A stretch of 13,790 nt of DNA from positions 1-13,790 of the forward strand of contig JBBSJT010000065.1 of the NCBI GenBank assembly GCA_038257035.1, in the 5' to 3' direction. Every line of letters starts with the position of its first letter. Position 1 is the stretch's first letter. The translations under genes were made by a program, and so were the position numbers. Source of the DNA: Chlamydiia bacterium. Its GTDB lineage: Bacteria; Chlamydiota; Chlamydiia; Chlamydiales; Parachlamydiaceae. Positions 1-6,794 of the stretch are shown piece after piece. Below the pieces are notes generated by a model. The model was not told where the DNA came from. It saw nothing but the letters and a program-made list of their open reading frames with translations, and searched no databases.

Positions 1-45
1 ATCTGATGAAGAATTGTTCAATGAGAAATTCTGAGAACATGTCAT
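1..45 (-). CDS. 5' fragment (15 codons, MTCSQNFSLNNSSSD...) of a multicopy ORF running off the window edge; possibly a transposase
   Basis: ATG at 45-43 on the minus strand, GGAGG 5 nt upstream (55-51), open to position 1; identical to 13746-13790. Confidence 0.45.
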   Translation of the reverse strand, partial: MTCSQNFSLNNSSSD

Positions 46-172
46 GATAGCCTCCTAAGTGATAAATTGCAAACTTATACTACTTAAGAGGTTATATGGG
101 AAATCAAATGTCAAGAAAAAGATGTGTCCGACTGTAAGGACGAGTCTCCGCACTCCAAATTAGCAAATTTTC
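1..172 (-). mobile_element. Left copy of a 172-bp repeat, inverted relative to the right window end; probable end of a multicopy IS-like element plus its conserved target flank
   Basis: The reverse complement of 13619-13790 matches 1-172 except at 140, 142 and 143; 1-139 is identical. It contains an RBS and ORF start reading out of the window. No transposase sequence is visible, so IS identity is inferred. Confidence 0.65.
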
Positions 173-278
173 AATTATCCAAAAAATTAATGAGATCTTA
201 ACGAAGCATTAATTTTAACTTTATGTTCTTTTTATATACTCGGGACATTAAACAGCAAAATAGATAGCAAGGAGCAAT

Positions 279-1424
279 ATGTCTTTTATTTCACGTGAAT
301 TATACCCAAACCTACCAAAATTTTACGATGACGAAGTCAGTGAAATTTTAACAAGACTTGACAATTCTTTAGATGCCAATTTTGGTAAATCGGAAGCCCC
401 AACAGTCAAAACTTACAAGTCACAAACTTATAGAGGCTATAATTATAGCCAAAGATATCAGCCTTCATTTTCAGAAAGTCTATTTTCAAATAGCATCTCG
501 CTTGGCAACACTTACAATTTCTGCTCGCCTACTATTACAACCATCAATGGCGGTGGTAACAATAGTAAGAAAAATGAAAAAAAATCAGAAGAAAAAAGCC
601 TTATTCCAATCATTCTAATTGTTAGCGTCTCTCTGGCAATTATTGGCGCATGCAGCTACTATGGAGGAAAGGCCTATGCCAAAGTGACAGATACAGGTGA
701 GGATCTTGCAGATCTTAAAAGTTTAGAGCCATTTATTGAAGGGACAGAAAAGCAAATCGAAAGCCTAAAATATGAACCCTTGTTTGCTAAAAAATTACCT
801 GAATTAAAGAAGCAAGTAGTTGTCATGAAAAATATCGTTAATAGCGGTAATATTTTTACTACAATAAAAAATAATTCAATACAGGATTTAAGATTAAGAA
901 TCGCTCTTGCTGCAGGTGCTGCTATTTTAGCGGTTGGTGCGGTAATGGCATTAAAGCCTGCTATGATTATTGGTGGCGGAATAATAGTGGTTAGCGTTAT
1001 TTGTATGCTTGTAAAAGCGGGGTCTCATTCTGATTCAAGAACACAGAATGCTAAAATTGCTAAAGTAAGACAAAACATTAGTGATATGCAAAATGTTATA
1101 AGCCAAGTAAGAACAGCTTTGGGAAATAAAATAACAGAGCCTGCTGAATTTAGAGTCGATGAGGATGCCGTCTATGAAATGAACAAACGAAATGCTCCGG
1201 AAAATTGCTCGGGACCTTCATGGGAAGAAGACTTGCCGGAAAACGCAACTGAATATGAGCGCAATTCTTTAAGAGATGAGTATTTAAAGCCTGTTTTTTT
1301 AGATGTTCAATATAATCAAGCATCACCGACGGTAATTTATTATCATCAAGAGGGACCATTTCAACCTCATTTTCAACCAACATATGGACAAACACAGTAC
1401 TATGGACAACACCAGTACGTATAA
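279..1424 (+). CDS. Inc-like (inclusion membrane-type) hypothetical membrane protein, candidate secreted effector
   Basis: 381 aa; AAGGAG RBS at 269-274. S/N/Y-rich N-terminus, one TM segment (LIPIILIVSVSLAIIGAC), a long bilobed hydrophobic hairpin (IALAAGAAILAVGAVMALKPAMIIGGGIIVVSVICMLV) flanked by coiled-coil-like segments, and a Q/Y/P-rich tail. Confidence 0.6.
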   Translation: MSFISRELYPNLPKFYDDEVSEILTRLDNSLDANFGKSEAPTVKTYKSQTYRGYNYSQRYQPSFSESLFSNSISLGNTYNFCSPTITTINGGGNNSKKNEKKSEEKSLIPIILIVSVSLAIIGACSYYGGKAYAKVTDTGEDLADLKSLEPFIEGTEKQIESLKYEPLFAKKLPELKKQVVVMKNIVNSGNIFTTIKNNSIQDLRLRIALAAGAAILAVGAVMALKPAMIIGGGIIVVSVICMLVKAGSHSDSRTQNAKIAKVRQNISDMQNVISQVRTALGNKITEPAEFRVDEDAVYEMNKRNAPENCSGPSWEEDLPENATEYERNSLRDEYLKPVFLDVQYNQASPTVIYYHQEGPFQPHFQPTYGQTQYYGQHQYV

Positions 1425-1449
1425 TTTTTAGGTAACCTACCTTACCTTG

Positions 1450-1495
1450 GCTTGTCGGATCATTCTCCATAGCGTGATTCGACAAGCTTTTTTTT
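1450..1495 (+). terminator. Intrinsic terminator between the convergent ORFs 279-1424 and 1497-2441
   Basis: Stem GCTTGTCGGATCA (1450-1462) / TGATTCGACAAGC (1475-1487) with one G-U pair, followed by T8. Confidence 0.75.
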
Positions 1496-1496
1496 C

Positions 1497-2441
1497 CTAG
1501 CCAATCTTAACGCTAGTATTAACGACGCCTGCAATTTTCTCCATTGTTTTAAAAATAATGCACCACCTTATGAATTGGGACAACTTACAAGAAGGAATAT
1601 TTTCAATCGTTTCATTTAAAATTTCGTTAGTGCTCCATACAATCAAAGATTTCTTTTTAAGGTGAACAAATTCTCTAATCATAGTGAAGCCATAATACTG
1701 TGTGTAGGTAATGGTTCCATCTTCAATTTTTAGACTTAAATTGAATGCATTTGGTTTTGAAGTGATTTTCCCCTCATGATCATAACAAAGTTCTGATGGA
1801 AGGGTATCTATTGATTTAATAAATGAAAGAGTTTTCACGTTTAGCTCATAAATATTCTGGATGCGTCTTCTTAGATGAAAATCGAGTACATGACCTGCAA
1901 TGCAGACTTCATAACTAAGCAGACAATCTATTTGGGAAACTCTAACAAATAACGTATCAAATTCGAGTATCTGCCTTGTATATGGATGTGCGTTAGATGT
2001 CCTTTCTGAAAAAGTTTTTTGAATTTTACATATCGTTTTATAGCAATATTCATAATGGGGATTAATTTCAGGGGAGTCAAAAATTACATCGAAGCTATTG
2101 CTGTGAATATCGGCATTATTTCCAAATTTAAGTTCCATTTCCATAAATTTTGAATCATCATTATTGACAATCGCATTAAATAATTTCCACTTCAAATCAG
2201 TTGTAAACTCACAATGAAAGGCTCCCCGGGCATGAAAGGGGAATATTGTTTCATTTTTGTTTTTAACAAATATTTCCGCATATAATTTGTTTTTGTGCAC
2301 TTGATGATCCATGGGACTGATTACATCGTACCAATCTTTGGAAATTTGTGGCGCAATCACTGCTCTTTCGTATAAGGGTAATCGTTCCTGAATAGCCCTT
2401 ATAACCTCGTACGGTAAAGAATTCATTATCAAACTGTTCAT
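1497..2441 (-). CDS. F-box-like domain protein with unrecognised C-terminal region
   Basis: 314 aa; N-terminal SLPYEVIRAIQERLPLYERAVIAPQISKDWYDVI fits the F-box pattern LPxE[IV]xxxIxxxL...VSKxW; purine-rich RBS upstream. Confidence 0.65.
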   Translation of the reverse strand: MNSLIMNSLPYEVIRAIQERLPLYERAVIAPQISKDWYDVISPMDHQVHKNKLYAEIFVKNKNETIFPFHARGAFHCEFTTDLKWKLFNAIVNNDDSKFMEMELKFGNNADIHSNSFDVIFDSPEINPHYEYCYKTICKIQKTFSERTSNAHPYTRQILEFDTLFVRVSQIDCLLSYEVCIAGHVLDFHLRRRIQNIYELNVKTLSFIKSIDTLPSELCYDHEGKITSKPNAFNLSLKIEDGTITYTQYYGFTMIREFVHLKKKSLIVWSTNEILNETIENIPSCKLSQFIRWCIIFKTMEKIAGVVNTSVKIG

Positions 2442-2564
2442 CCTTCATCCCTTTTTTATTTTTTAAAACAAATTGTACCCCTCCACCATTTTTTTAAAAA
2501 GCCTTAATTTGGAGTGCGAAGTTCGGCTTGTGTTAAGTTGTATTTCATATCATCCGTTGAACTA

Positions 2565-2590
2565 CATTTATTACCCCGGCAGGGGTAAAG
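2565..2590 (-). repeat. REP-like palindrome, same family as 3561-3580 and 3714-3737
   Basis: TTACCCC-GGCA-GGGGTAA at 2571-2588. The reverse complement CCCCTGCCGGGGTAATAAATG matches CCCCTACCGGGGTAATAAATG at ~3718-3738 with one mismatch. Confidence 0.7.
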
Positions 2591-2707
2591 AATTCTCTTT
2601 TATGTTAGGCTCGAAAAACCGGCATTTACTGTTGTTAATAAGAGGTTGTTATATAATATTTAACGTGCTAGTTTTAAAGCATTAATATTTAAAACTAAAG
2701 GGTTTAT

Positions 2708-3478
2708 ATGATTTCTCAAACATCTGCCACACCAACAGATATGGGCTATTTAGCCTGGCTTCCAAATGAACTTATAAATGAAGTGATCAACTATTTTCCT
2801 ATTTCTGACATGAATGCTCTTCATCAAACGGGAAAAAACCTAAACCCTGTTATAGCAACTGCGCTATTTTCTAAAACGCAAAAGGATCTGGAACAGCTTG
2901 AATGTAAACTGTTAGAAATCACGGATTTAAGAATTCACTCAAATTCTACCAATTATGACAATTACAAATTTTTTAAAAGTGAAACTGAAAAGTGGACAAA
3001 GAATGGCTCAAAAGAAAGATGTATAGCATTAAGAAATTGCGTTTGTCGAATTTTTTGGGACATGAATTTAAATGAGATATTTCGAATAATGGATTTACAC
3101 CCCTCGGAAGACCCATTATTACTTTCGCAAATCATTAAATCACATTCTACATTTGTTCAGTATATAAAGATTAACAAAACAAATGATATAAATTTGATTT
3201 TGTTTTTAAAAATGTTAGGGGGAAATCAATTACGTCGTGTAAAAGTATTAAATTTATGCATCGATCCTCTAGATGATACTATTGTAACCCTCTTTGCAAA
3301 TACAATACGAAAAAATAATTCTCTTACTGATTTGCATTTTGAGTACCCTCTTTCTTACCCTAAATATTTAAAAGAACCCATAGAATCAATTATGGAAAAT
3401 GAGAAAATTGTATGTGCCAAATTTAAGGCTATTGGGGAACAGGGATGGGACGTTATAAAAAATAAAAAGCAACAATAA
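2708..3478 (+). CDS. F-box-like protein with C-terminal RI-type LRR-like segment
   Basis: 256 aa; N-terminal LAWLPNELINEVINYFPISDMNALHQTGKNL is F-box-like. C-terminal VKVLNLCIDPLDDTIVTLFANTIRKNNSLTDLHF resembles ribonuclease-inhibitor-type LRRs. Confidence 0.6.
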   Translation: MISQTSATPTDMGYLAWLPNELINEVINYFPISDMNALHQTGKNLNPVIATALFSKTQKDLEQLECKLLEITDLRIHSNSTNYDNYKFFKSETEKWTKNGSKERCIALRNCVCRIFWDMNLNEIFRIMDLHPSEDPLLLSQIIKSHSTFVQYIKINKTNDINLILFLKMLGGNQLRRVKVLNLCIDPLDDTIVTLFANTIRKNNSLTDLHFEYPLSYPKYLKEPIESIMENEKIVCAKFKAIGEQGWDVIKNKKQQ

Positions 3479-3484
3479 AATGCC

Positions 3485-3764
3485 AAATTTAGGGCATTCA
3501 GCAAGGACTTTAGATTAGATACGTCATTTGTATTCTCCATCCGCCTCATATAACCTTTTTATTACCCCTACCGGGGTAATGAACATAGATTCAATGGTTA
3601 TATGAGGCAGATAAATACACAAATGAGGTATCCAATATCTAAAGGTCTTACTAAATACCCCGAGTTTCACTTCAGGCCTATCGGCCTTCCATTACACACG
3701 GGGCTGAAAGCTGTTGCCCCCTACCGGGGTAATAAATGGTTATATGACGCAGAAATACAGAGGT
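3485..3764. repeat. Composite palindromic repeat (REPIN/BIME- or MITE-like) between convergent genes
   Basis: Imperfect ~70-bp inverted arms 3485-3555 / 3596-3667 (perfect core GCCTCATATAACC / GGTTATATGAGGC) around the hairpin ATTACCCC-TACC-GGGGTAAT (3561-3580). Extra hairpin AGGCC-TATC-GGCCT (3674-3687). Second direct copy of CCCCTACCGGGGTAAT..AATGGTTATATGA[G/C]GCAGA at ~3718-3753. Confidence 0.8.
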
Positions 3765-3769
3765 TCTGT

Positions 3770-4330
3770 TTAATCTTGAATTTTTTTAAAATAATAATCG
3801 GAAATTACATTCCAAACATCATCAGGAAGGGTTTTACCTGTTTCTGAATTCATAACAATTTTAAAATTGTTTAAATAATTATATTCCGATGTGTTTTGTT
3901 TCACATCTTCACTAAAATCTAGAGAATGCGGATTTTTTAGTTTTCTATCTTTTAAGTATCTAGCAACCAAAGGATCTACAGCGAGCTTTCTATCATTTTT
4001 ATCACGAAGTCCCAGAAAAAATAAACTCGAAACTCCCATAAAAAATAACAAGCTCAGAACTATAGCCGCTTGAGGATATTCAACTGAAACTTTACGGATT
4101 CGTATTTCTTCAAAAGCCGTTTGTCCCTCTGCAAATATCATGAAAGCAAATGCGCTTGTTATCGAAGCAAATGCGATGGTTGCCAAAAAACCAGAATCAA
4201 TCAAAAAATCGTTGCGATTATTGATTTTCTTTTTTCTATCGATCGCATCAAATTCTTGGAATGTTCTGTTTAATTGCGTAATTTCTTGATCAATATTTAA
4301 GGGGAATTGAGTGTTTGGATTGATTGACAT
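3770..4330 (-). CDS. Two-TM hypothetical protein (Inc-like) with C-terminal F-box-like motif
   Basis: 186 aa; N-terminus MSINPNTQFP; two hydrophobic segments (GFLATIAFASITSAFAFMIFA; AAIVLSLLFFMGVSSLFFLGL); ends TLPDDVWNVISDYYFKKIQD. Confidence 0.6.
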   Translation of the reverse strand: MSINPNTQFPLNIDQEITQLNRTFQEFDAIDRKKKINNRNDFLIDSGFLATIAFASITSAFAFMIFAEGQTAFEEIRIRKVSVEYPQAAIVLSLLFFMGVSSLFFLGLRDKNDRKLAVDPLVARYLKDRKLKNPHSLDFSEDVKQNTSEYNYLNNFKIVMNSETGKTLPDDVWNVISDYYFKKIQD

Positions 4331-4372
4331 TAGATTTGTTTTTAAAGATTTAACAAGGGGTTTTACCCCGTT

Positions 4373-4402
4373 GAAAACAAGCGCAGGTTTTAACCTGCGC
4401 TT
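4373..4402 (-). terminator. Intrinsic terminator after the ferredoxin-HesB operon
   Basis: Perfect inverted repeat AAGCGCAGGTT-TT-AACCTGCGCTT (4379-4402), 6 nt past the stop at 4409, followed by GTTTTC on the minus strand; a second weaker hairpin GGGG-TTTTA-CCCC at 4357-4369. Confidence 0.75.
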
Positions 4403-4408
4403 TGGAAA

Positions 4409-4978
4409 TTAATAACCGTGGGAAGTACCGCAGCCGCATGAAGAGCGAACGTTTGGATTGCTGATTTTGAATCCTGAACCTTGTAGGCCATCGATAAAAT
4501 CAATTTCTGCACCAACAAGACGTTGAACCATATCTTTTTGAATATGAACTTCTATTCCGCAAGATGAGAATGTTACATCATCTTCATTAGCTTTTTCAGA
4601 ATAATCAAGAAGATATTCAAAACCATTGCATCCTGCCATTTTTTCTGCAAAACGAATGCCATATCCGAGCTTACCTTCATCTTCAAGAATCTGTAAGTAT
4701 TTTGCAGCAGCTCTTGGAGTGATTGTAATTGTAGATGCATCAACTTTTTCAGCTAATAAAGCGTTAAGACGTCCTTCAAGACGGTCGATTGCTTCAACAG
4801 TCATTCCATGGCCAAGCATTCCGGCTTCTAGTGTTTCCCATGTTGCCGCGTGGCATCCAACGCAATGAAGGCCTGCACTTGTGATCTCATGAGCTAAGCG
4901 TTGAGCTTTATGAGGAAATAGCGATAAAATTTCTTCGATCGTCATATGACGATGGATCGTTTGATTTGATGTTGACAT
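4409..4978 (-). CDS. Fe-S cluster assembly accessory protein (HesB/IscA A-type carrier) with N-terminal DUF1858-like domain
   Basis: C-terminal ITITPRAA...GCNGFEY...IDFIDGLQGSGFKISNPNVRSSCGCGTS is the IscA/HesB signature. N-terminal MTIEEIL...GLHCVGC..ATWETLEAG..GHG is the DUF1858-type pattern. Confidence 0.9.
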   Translation of the reverse strand: MSTSNQTIHRHMTIEEILSLFPHKAQRLAHEITSAGLHCVGCHAATWETLEAGMLGHGMTVEAIDRLEGRLNALLAEKVDASTITITPRAAAKYLQILEDEGKLGYGIRFAEKMAGCNGFEYLLDYSEKANEDDVTFSSCGIEVHIQKDMVQRLVGAEIDFIDGLQGSGFKISNPNVRSSCGCGTSHGY

Positions 4979-4990
4979 GATACTATCCTT

Positions 4991-5257
4991 TTAAAATAAA
5001 ATTCTTACGCAACCTGATTTAATTTTGCACTGACAAGCAAGTCTTTCGTCCGCGGTTCCTGCGCCAAGAAAATCTTCTTCTTCTTGAGTTGGTGCCGAAA
5101 GATTTTCATGTCCTTCTTTAATTTCAATAACACATGTTCCACAAACACCTTCAGTGCATGCAAAAGGAACGCCAGCTTCTTCACAAGCTTCAGTTAGTGG
5201 TGAGTCATCCGGTAAATCGATTTCTTCATTATTATGATCAAAAATTAACTTTGCCAT
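4991..5257 (-). CDS. [2Fe-2S] ferredoxin
   Basis: 88 aa, acidic; GVPFACTEGVCGTC (C-x4-C-x2-C) plus RLACQC. Confidence 0.93.
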   Translation of the reverse strand: MAKLIFDHNNEEIDLPDDSPLTEACEEAGVPFACTEGVCGTCVIEIKEGHENLSAPTQEEEDFLGAGTADERLACQCKIKSGCVRILF

Positions 5258-5325
5258 TTTTACTTTATTTCTCCAACTTAAAAATTTCTTAAGGTTTGCG
5301 GTCTAATCGTTTAAATATAAAGCAA

Positions 5326-5354
5326 ATTATAAAGTAAAAGTATAAAAAATGCAA
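5326..5354 (-). promoter_or_regulatory. Sigma70/sigma66-type promoter for ferredoxin-HesB
   Basis: Minus strand TTGCAT (5354-5349), 17-nt spacer, TATAAT (5331-5326), between the lgt stop and the ferredoxin start. Confidence 0.65.
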
Positions 5355-5362
5355 TAGTCTAT

Positions 5363-6247
5363 TTAAACTTTGCGAAATAACTTATTTTTACAGTTGCAGT
5401 TTCCGAAGAAAAGTAAAAGAATTCCAAGAACGATGCAAGGAATACTCAAAAGTTGACCTGTTTGAAGCCATGATTCATCCATCATTAAACTCGATGGAAG
5501 TTTGTAGATTTCGATGAAAAACCTGGATCCAAAAATTAAAATAAAGAATAGGCCGCTTATGATTCCACGTCTGACCATGCCCTTTTTAAGGCTCCAAAGA
5601 CTATATAATATAAAAAATGTTATAAGTGCAGTGATGGCTTCATAAAGTTGAACAGGGTGACGAGGTACGATTGCGCTACCATCTGCGGGATCTCCAAAAA
5701 TCACAGCCCATGGAAGGTTTGTTGCTGTTCCAAGAATTTCTTGATTGATGAAATTGCCAATACGAATGCAAAAGGCAGCAAAAGCTGTAGGGATAGCAAG
5801 CATATCGATAAGATCAATGTAAGAAATTTCTTTAAAATTTTTGAGTACAATTTTTTTGTAGAAGAATAAAGCTAAAAGAATGCCAATTGTTCCGCCGTGA
5901 CTTGCAAGACCGCCTTCCCAGATTTTAAAGATATCAAGGGGGTTTTGGCTATAACGTGGCCATTCGTAAAAAAAGACATGACCCAAACGCGCACCAATAA
6001 TCGTTCCGCCAATGACAAACCAAATCATCCGATCGCTAAGAGTTGTGGCCAAATCTTTTGTTTCAAGTTTGTTGTTTAATTTAAGGCGAATTGTCATGAG
6101 TTGACGAAAGATCAAGTAGCCAATAACAAAACCAAAGGCAAAGCAAATGCCATACCAGCGCACAGGATGGTTGATGAAGGGGACTGTAAAGGCATCGCGA
6201 TTAGGATTCCAATAAATCCAATTTAAAAAAAGAGTATGCATCATCAT
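5363..6247 (-). CDS. lgt: Prolipoprotein diacylglyceryl transferase
   Basis: Motifs RWYG, IIGARLGHV, IWEGGLASHGG, RIGNFINQE, RHPVQLYE, RFFIE; multi-TM. The exact start among the three tandem ATGs is uncertain. Confidence 0.97.
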   Translation of the reverse strand: MMMHTLFLNWIYWNPNRDAFTVPFINHPVRWYGICFAFGFVIGYLIFRQLMTIRLKLNNKLETKDLATTLSDRMIWFVIGGTIIGARLGHVFFYEWPRYSQNPLDIFKIWEGGLASHGGTIGILLALFFYKKIVLKNFKEISYIDLIDMLAIPTAFAAFCIRIGNFINQEILGTATNLPWAVIFGDPADGSAIVPRHPVQLYEAITALITFFILYSLWSLKKGMVRRGIISGLFFILIFGSRFFIEIYKLPSSLMMDESWLQTGQLLSIPCIVLGILLLFFGNCNCKNKLFRKV

Positions 6248-6258
6248 TTTATTTTGCC

Positions 6259-6289
6259 AAAAAAAAACTCCTGCAATTGCAGGAGTTTT
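6259..6289 (-). terminator. Intrinsic terminator downstream of tRNA-Pro
   Basis: Perfect palindrome AAAACTCCTGCAATTGCAGGAGTTTT (6264-6289) with a T9 tract on the minus strand (A run 6259-6267). Confidence 0.85.
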
Positions 6290-6294
6290 AGTTA

Positions 6295-6369
6295 TCGGAG
6301 TAGAGGGATTCGAACCCCCGACCTACTGCTCCCAAAGCAGCCGCGCTAGCCAAGCTGCGCTATACTCCG
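6295..6369 (-). tRNA. tRNA-Pro (anticodon UGG), CCA not encoded
   Basis: Minus strand CGGAGTATAGCGCAGCTTGGCTAGCGCGGCTGCTTTGGGAGCAGTAGGTCGGGGGTTCGAATCCCTCTACTCCGA: acceptor CGGAGTA/TACTCCG, anticodon loop TTTGGGA, T-loop GGTTCGAATCC. Confidence 0.97.
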
Positions 6370-6391
6370 AACGCGATCATTAAAGAACGGT

Positions 6392-6420
6392 ACTATAGCA
6401 ATTTCGCATATCCATTTCAA
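6392..6420 (-). promoter_or_regulatory. Sigma70/sigma66-type promoter for tRNA-Pro
   Basis: Minus strand TTGAAA (6420-6415), 17-nt spacer, TATAGT (6397-6392) with extended -10 TG; 22 nt upstream of the tRNA. Confidence 0.75.
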
Positions 6421-6530
6421 GTGTTTTTATCACATATTTCAGAAACCCTTTTACAGCAACACTTTAAGACCTTCTTTTTTTTTATTCCTCACGGGCAGTT
6501 GCCGTTTTATTTCAACCGCTAAGGAGGCTC

Positions 6531-6740
6531 TTTTTACCGCGAAGAGCGCGAAGAAGCGCAGCTTTGCTGCGGGAAGAAACGCGAAGCGCGCTAAAGCGCG
6601 AGAAAGACTAAGTAAGATAAATTACATAAAATTTTTGAATGCAAAGTGCTATTAATTTCGCTGATCGCGCTTTTTAGCGCGCTTCTTCGCGTTTCTTCCC
6701 GCAGCAAAGCTGCGCTTCTTCGCGCTCTTCGCGGTAAAAA
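6531..6740. repeat. GC-rich long inverted repeat (MITE/REPIN-like) between menG and the tRNA promoter
   Basis: 6531-6586 is the exact reverse complement of 6685-6740 (56 bp), extending with small indels to 6601/6665; AT-rich ~63-nt spacer. Arms are built of CGCGAAG units and contain an inner CGCAGC-TTT-GCTGCG hairpin. Confidence 0.9.
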
Positions 6741-6794
6741 AAATGCTAACAAACGGTAGACTCTTTGTGGTGAAAAAAAACGTAGGGCGTTCTA

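Noticed and set aside
183..216. Inverted repeat AAAATTAATG-N14-CATTAATTTT upstream of ORF 279 as an operator
   Set aside because: Almost all A/T in an AT-rich spacer and not repeated elsewhere in the window; cannot be distinguished from chance.
3415..3495. Direct repeat TGCCAAATTTA at 3415-3425 and 3481-3491 as a target-site duplication
   Set aside because: It is 11 bp and AT-rich, one copy is inside a CDS, and it does not flank the repeat element.
3548..3603. attC-like ends (ATATAAC...GTTATAT) suggesting an integron cassette
   Set aside because: No integrase, flanking genes are convergent rather than a tandem array, and complementarity extends outward rather than forming L-boxes inside.
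2565..3740. CRISPR array from the CCCCTACCGGGGTAAT repeats
   Set aside because: Only three copies, with irregular spacing, mixed orientation and no cas genes.
3602..3847. 81-aa ORF on the plus strand
   Set aside because: It runs through the palindromic repeat and overlaps the convergent gene; no recognisable protein features.
6295..6369. tRNA-Pro as an integration site for a genomic island
   Set aside because: No duplicated tRNA 3' end and no integrase seen; the neighbours are core genes.
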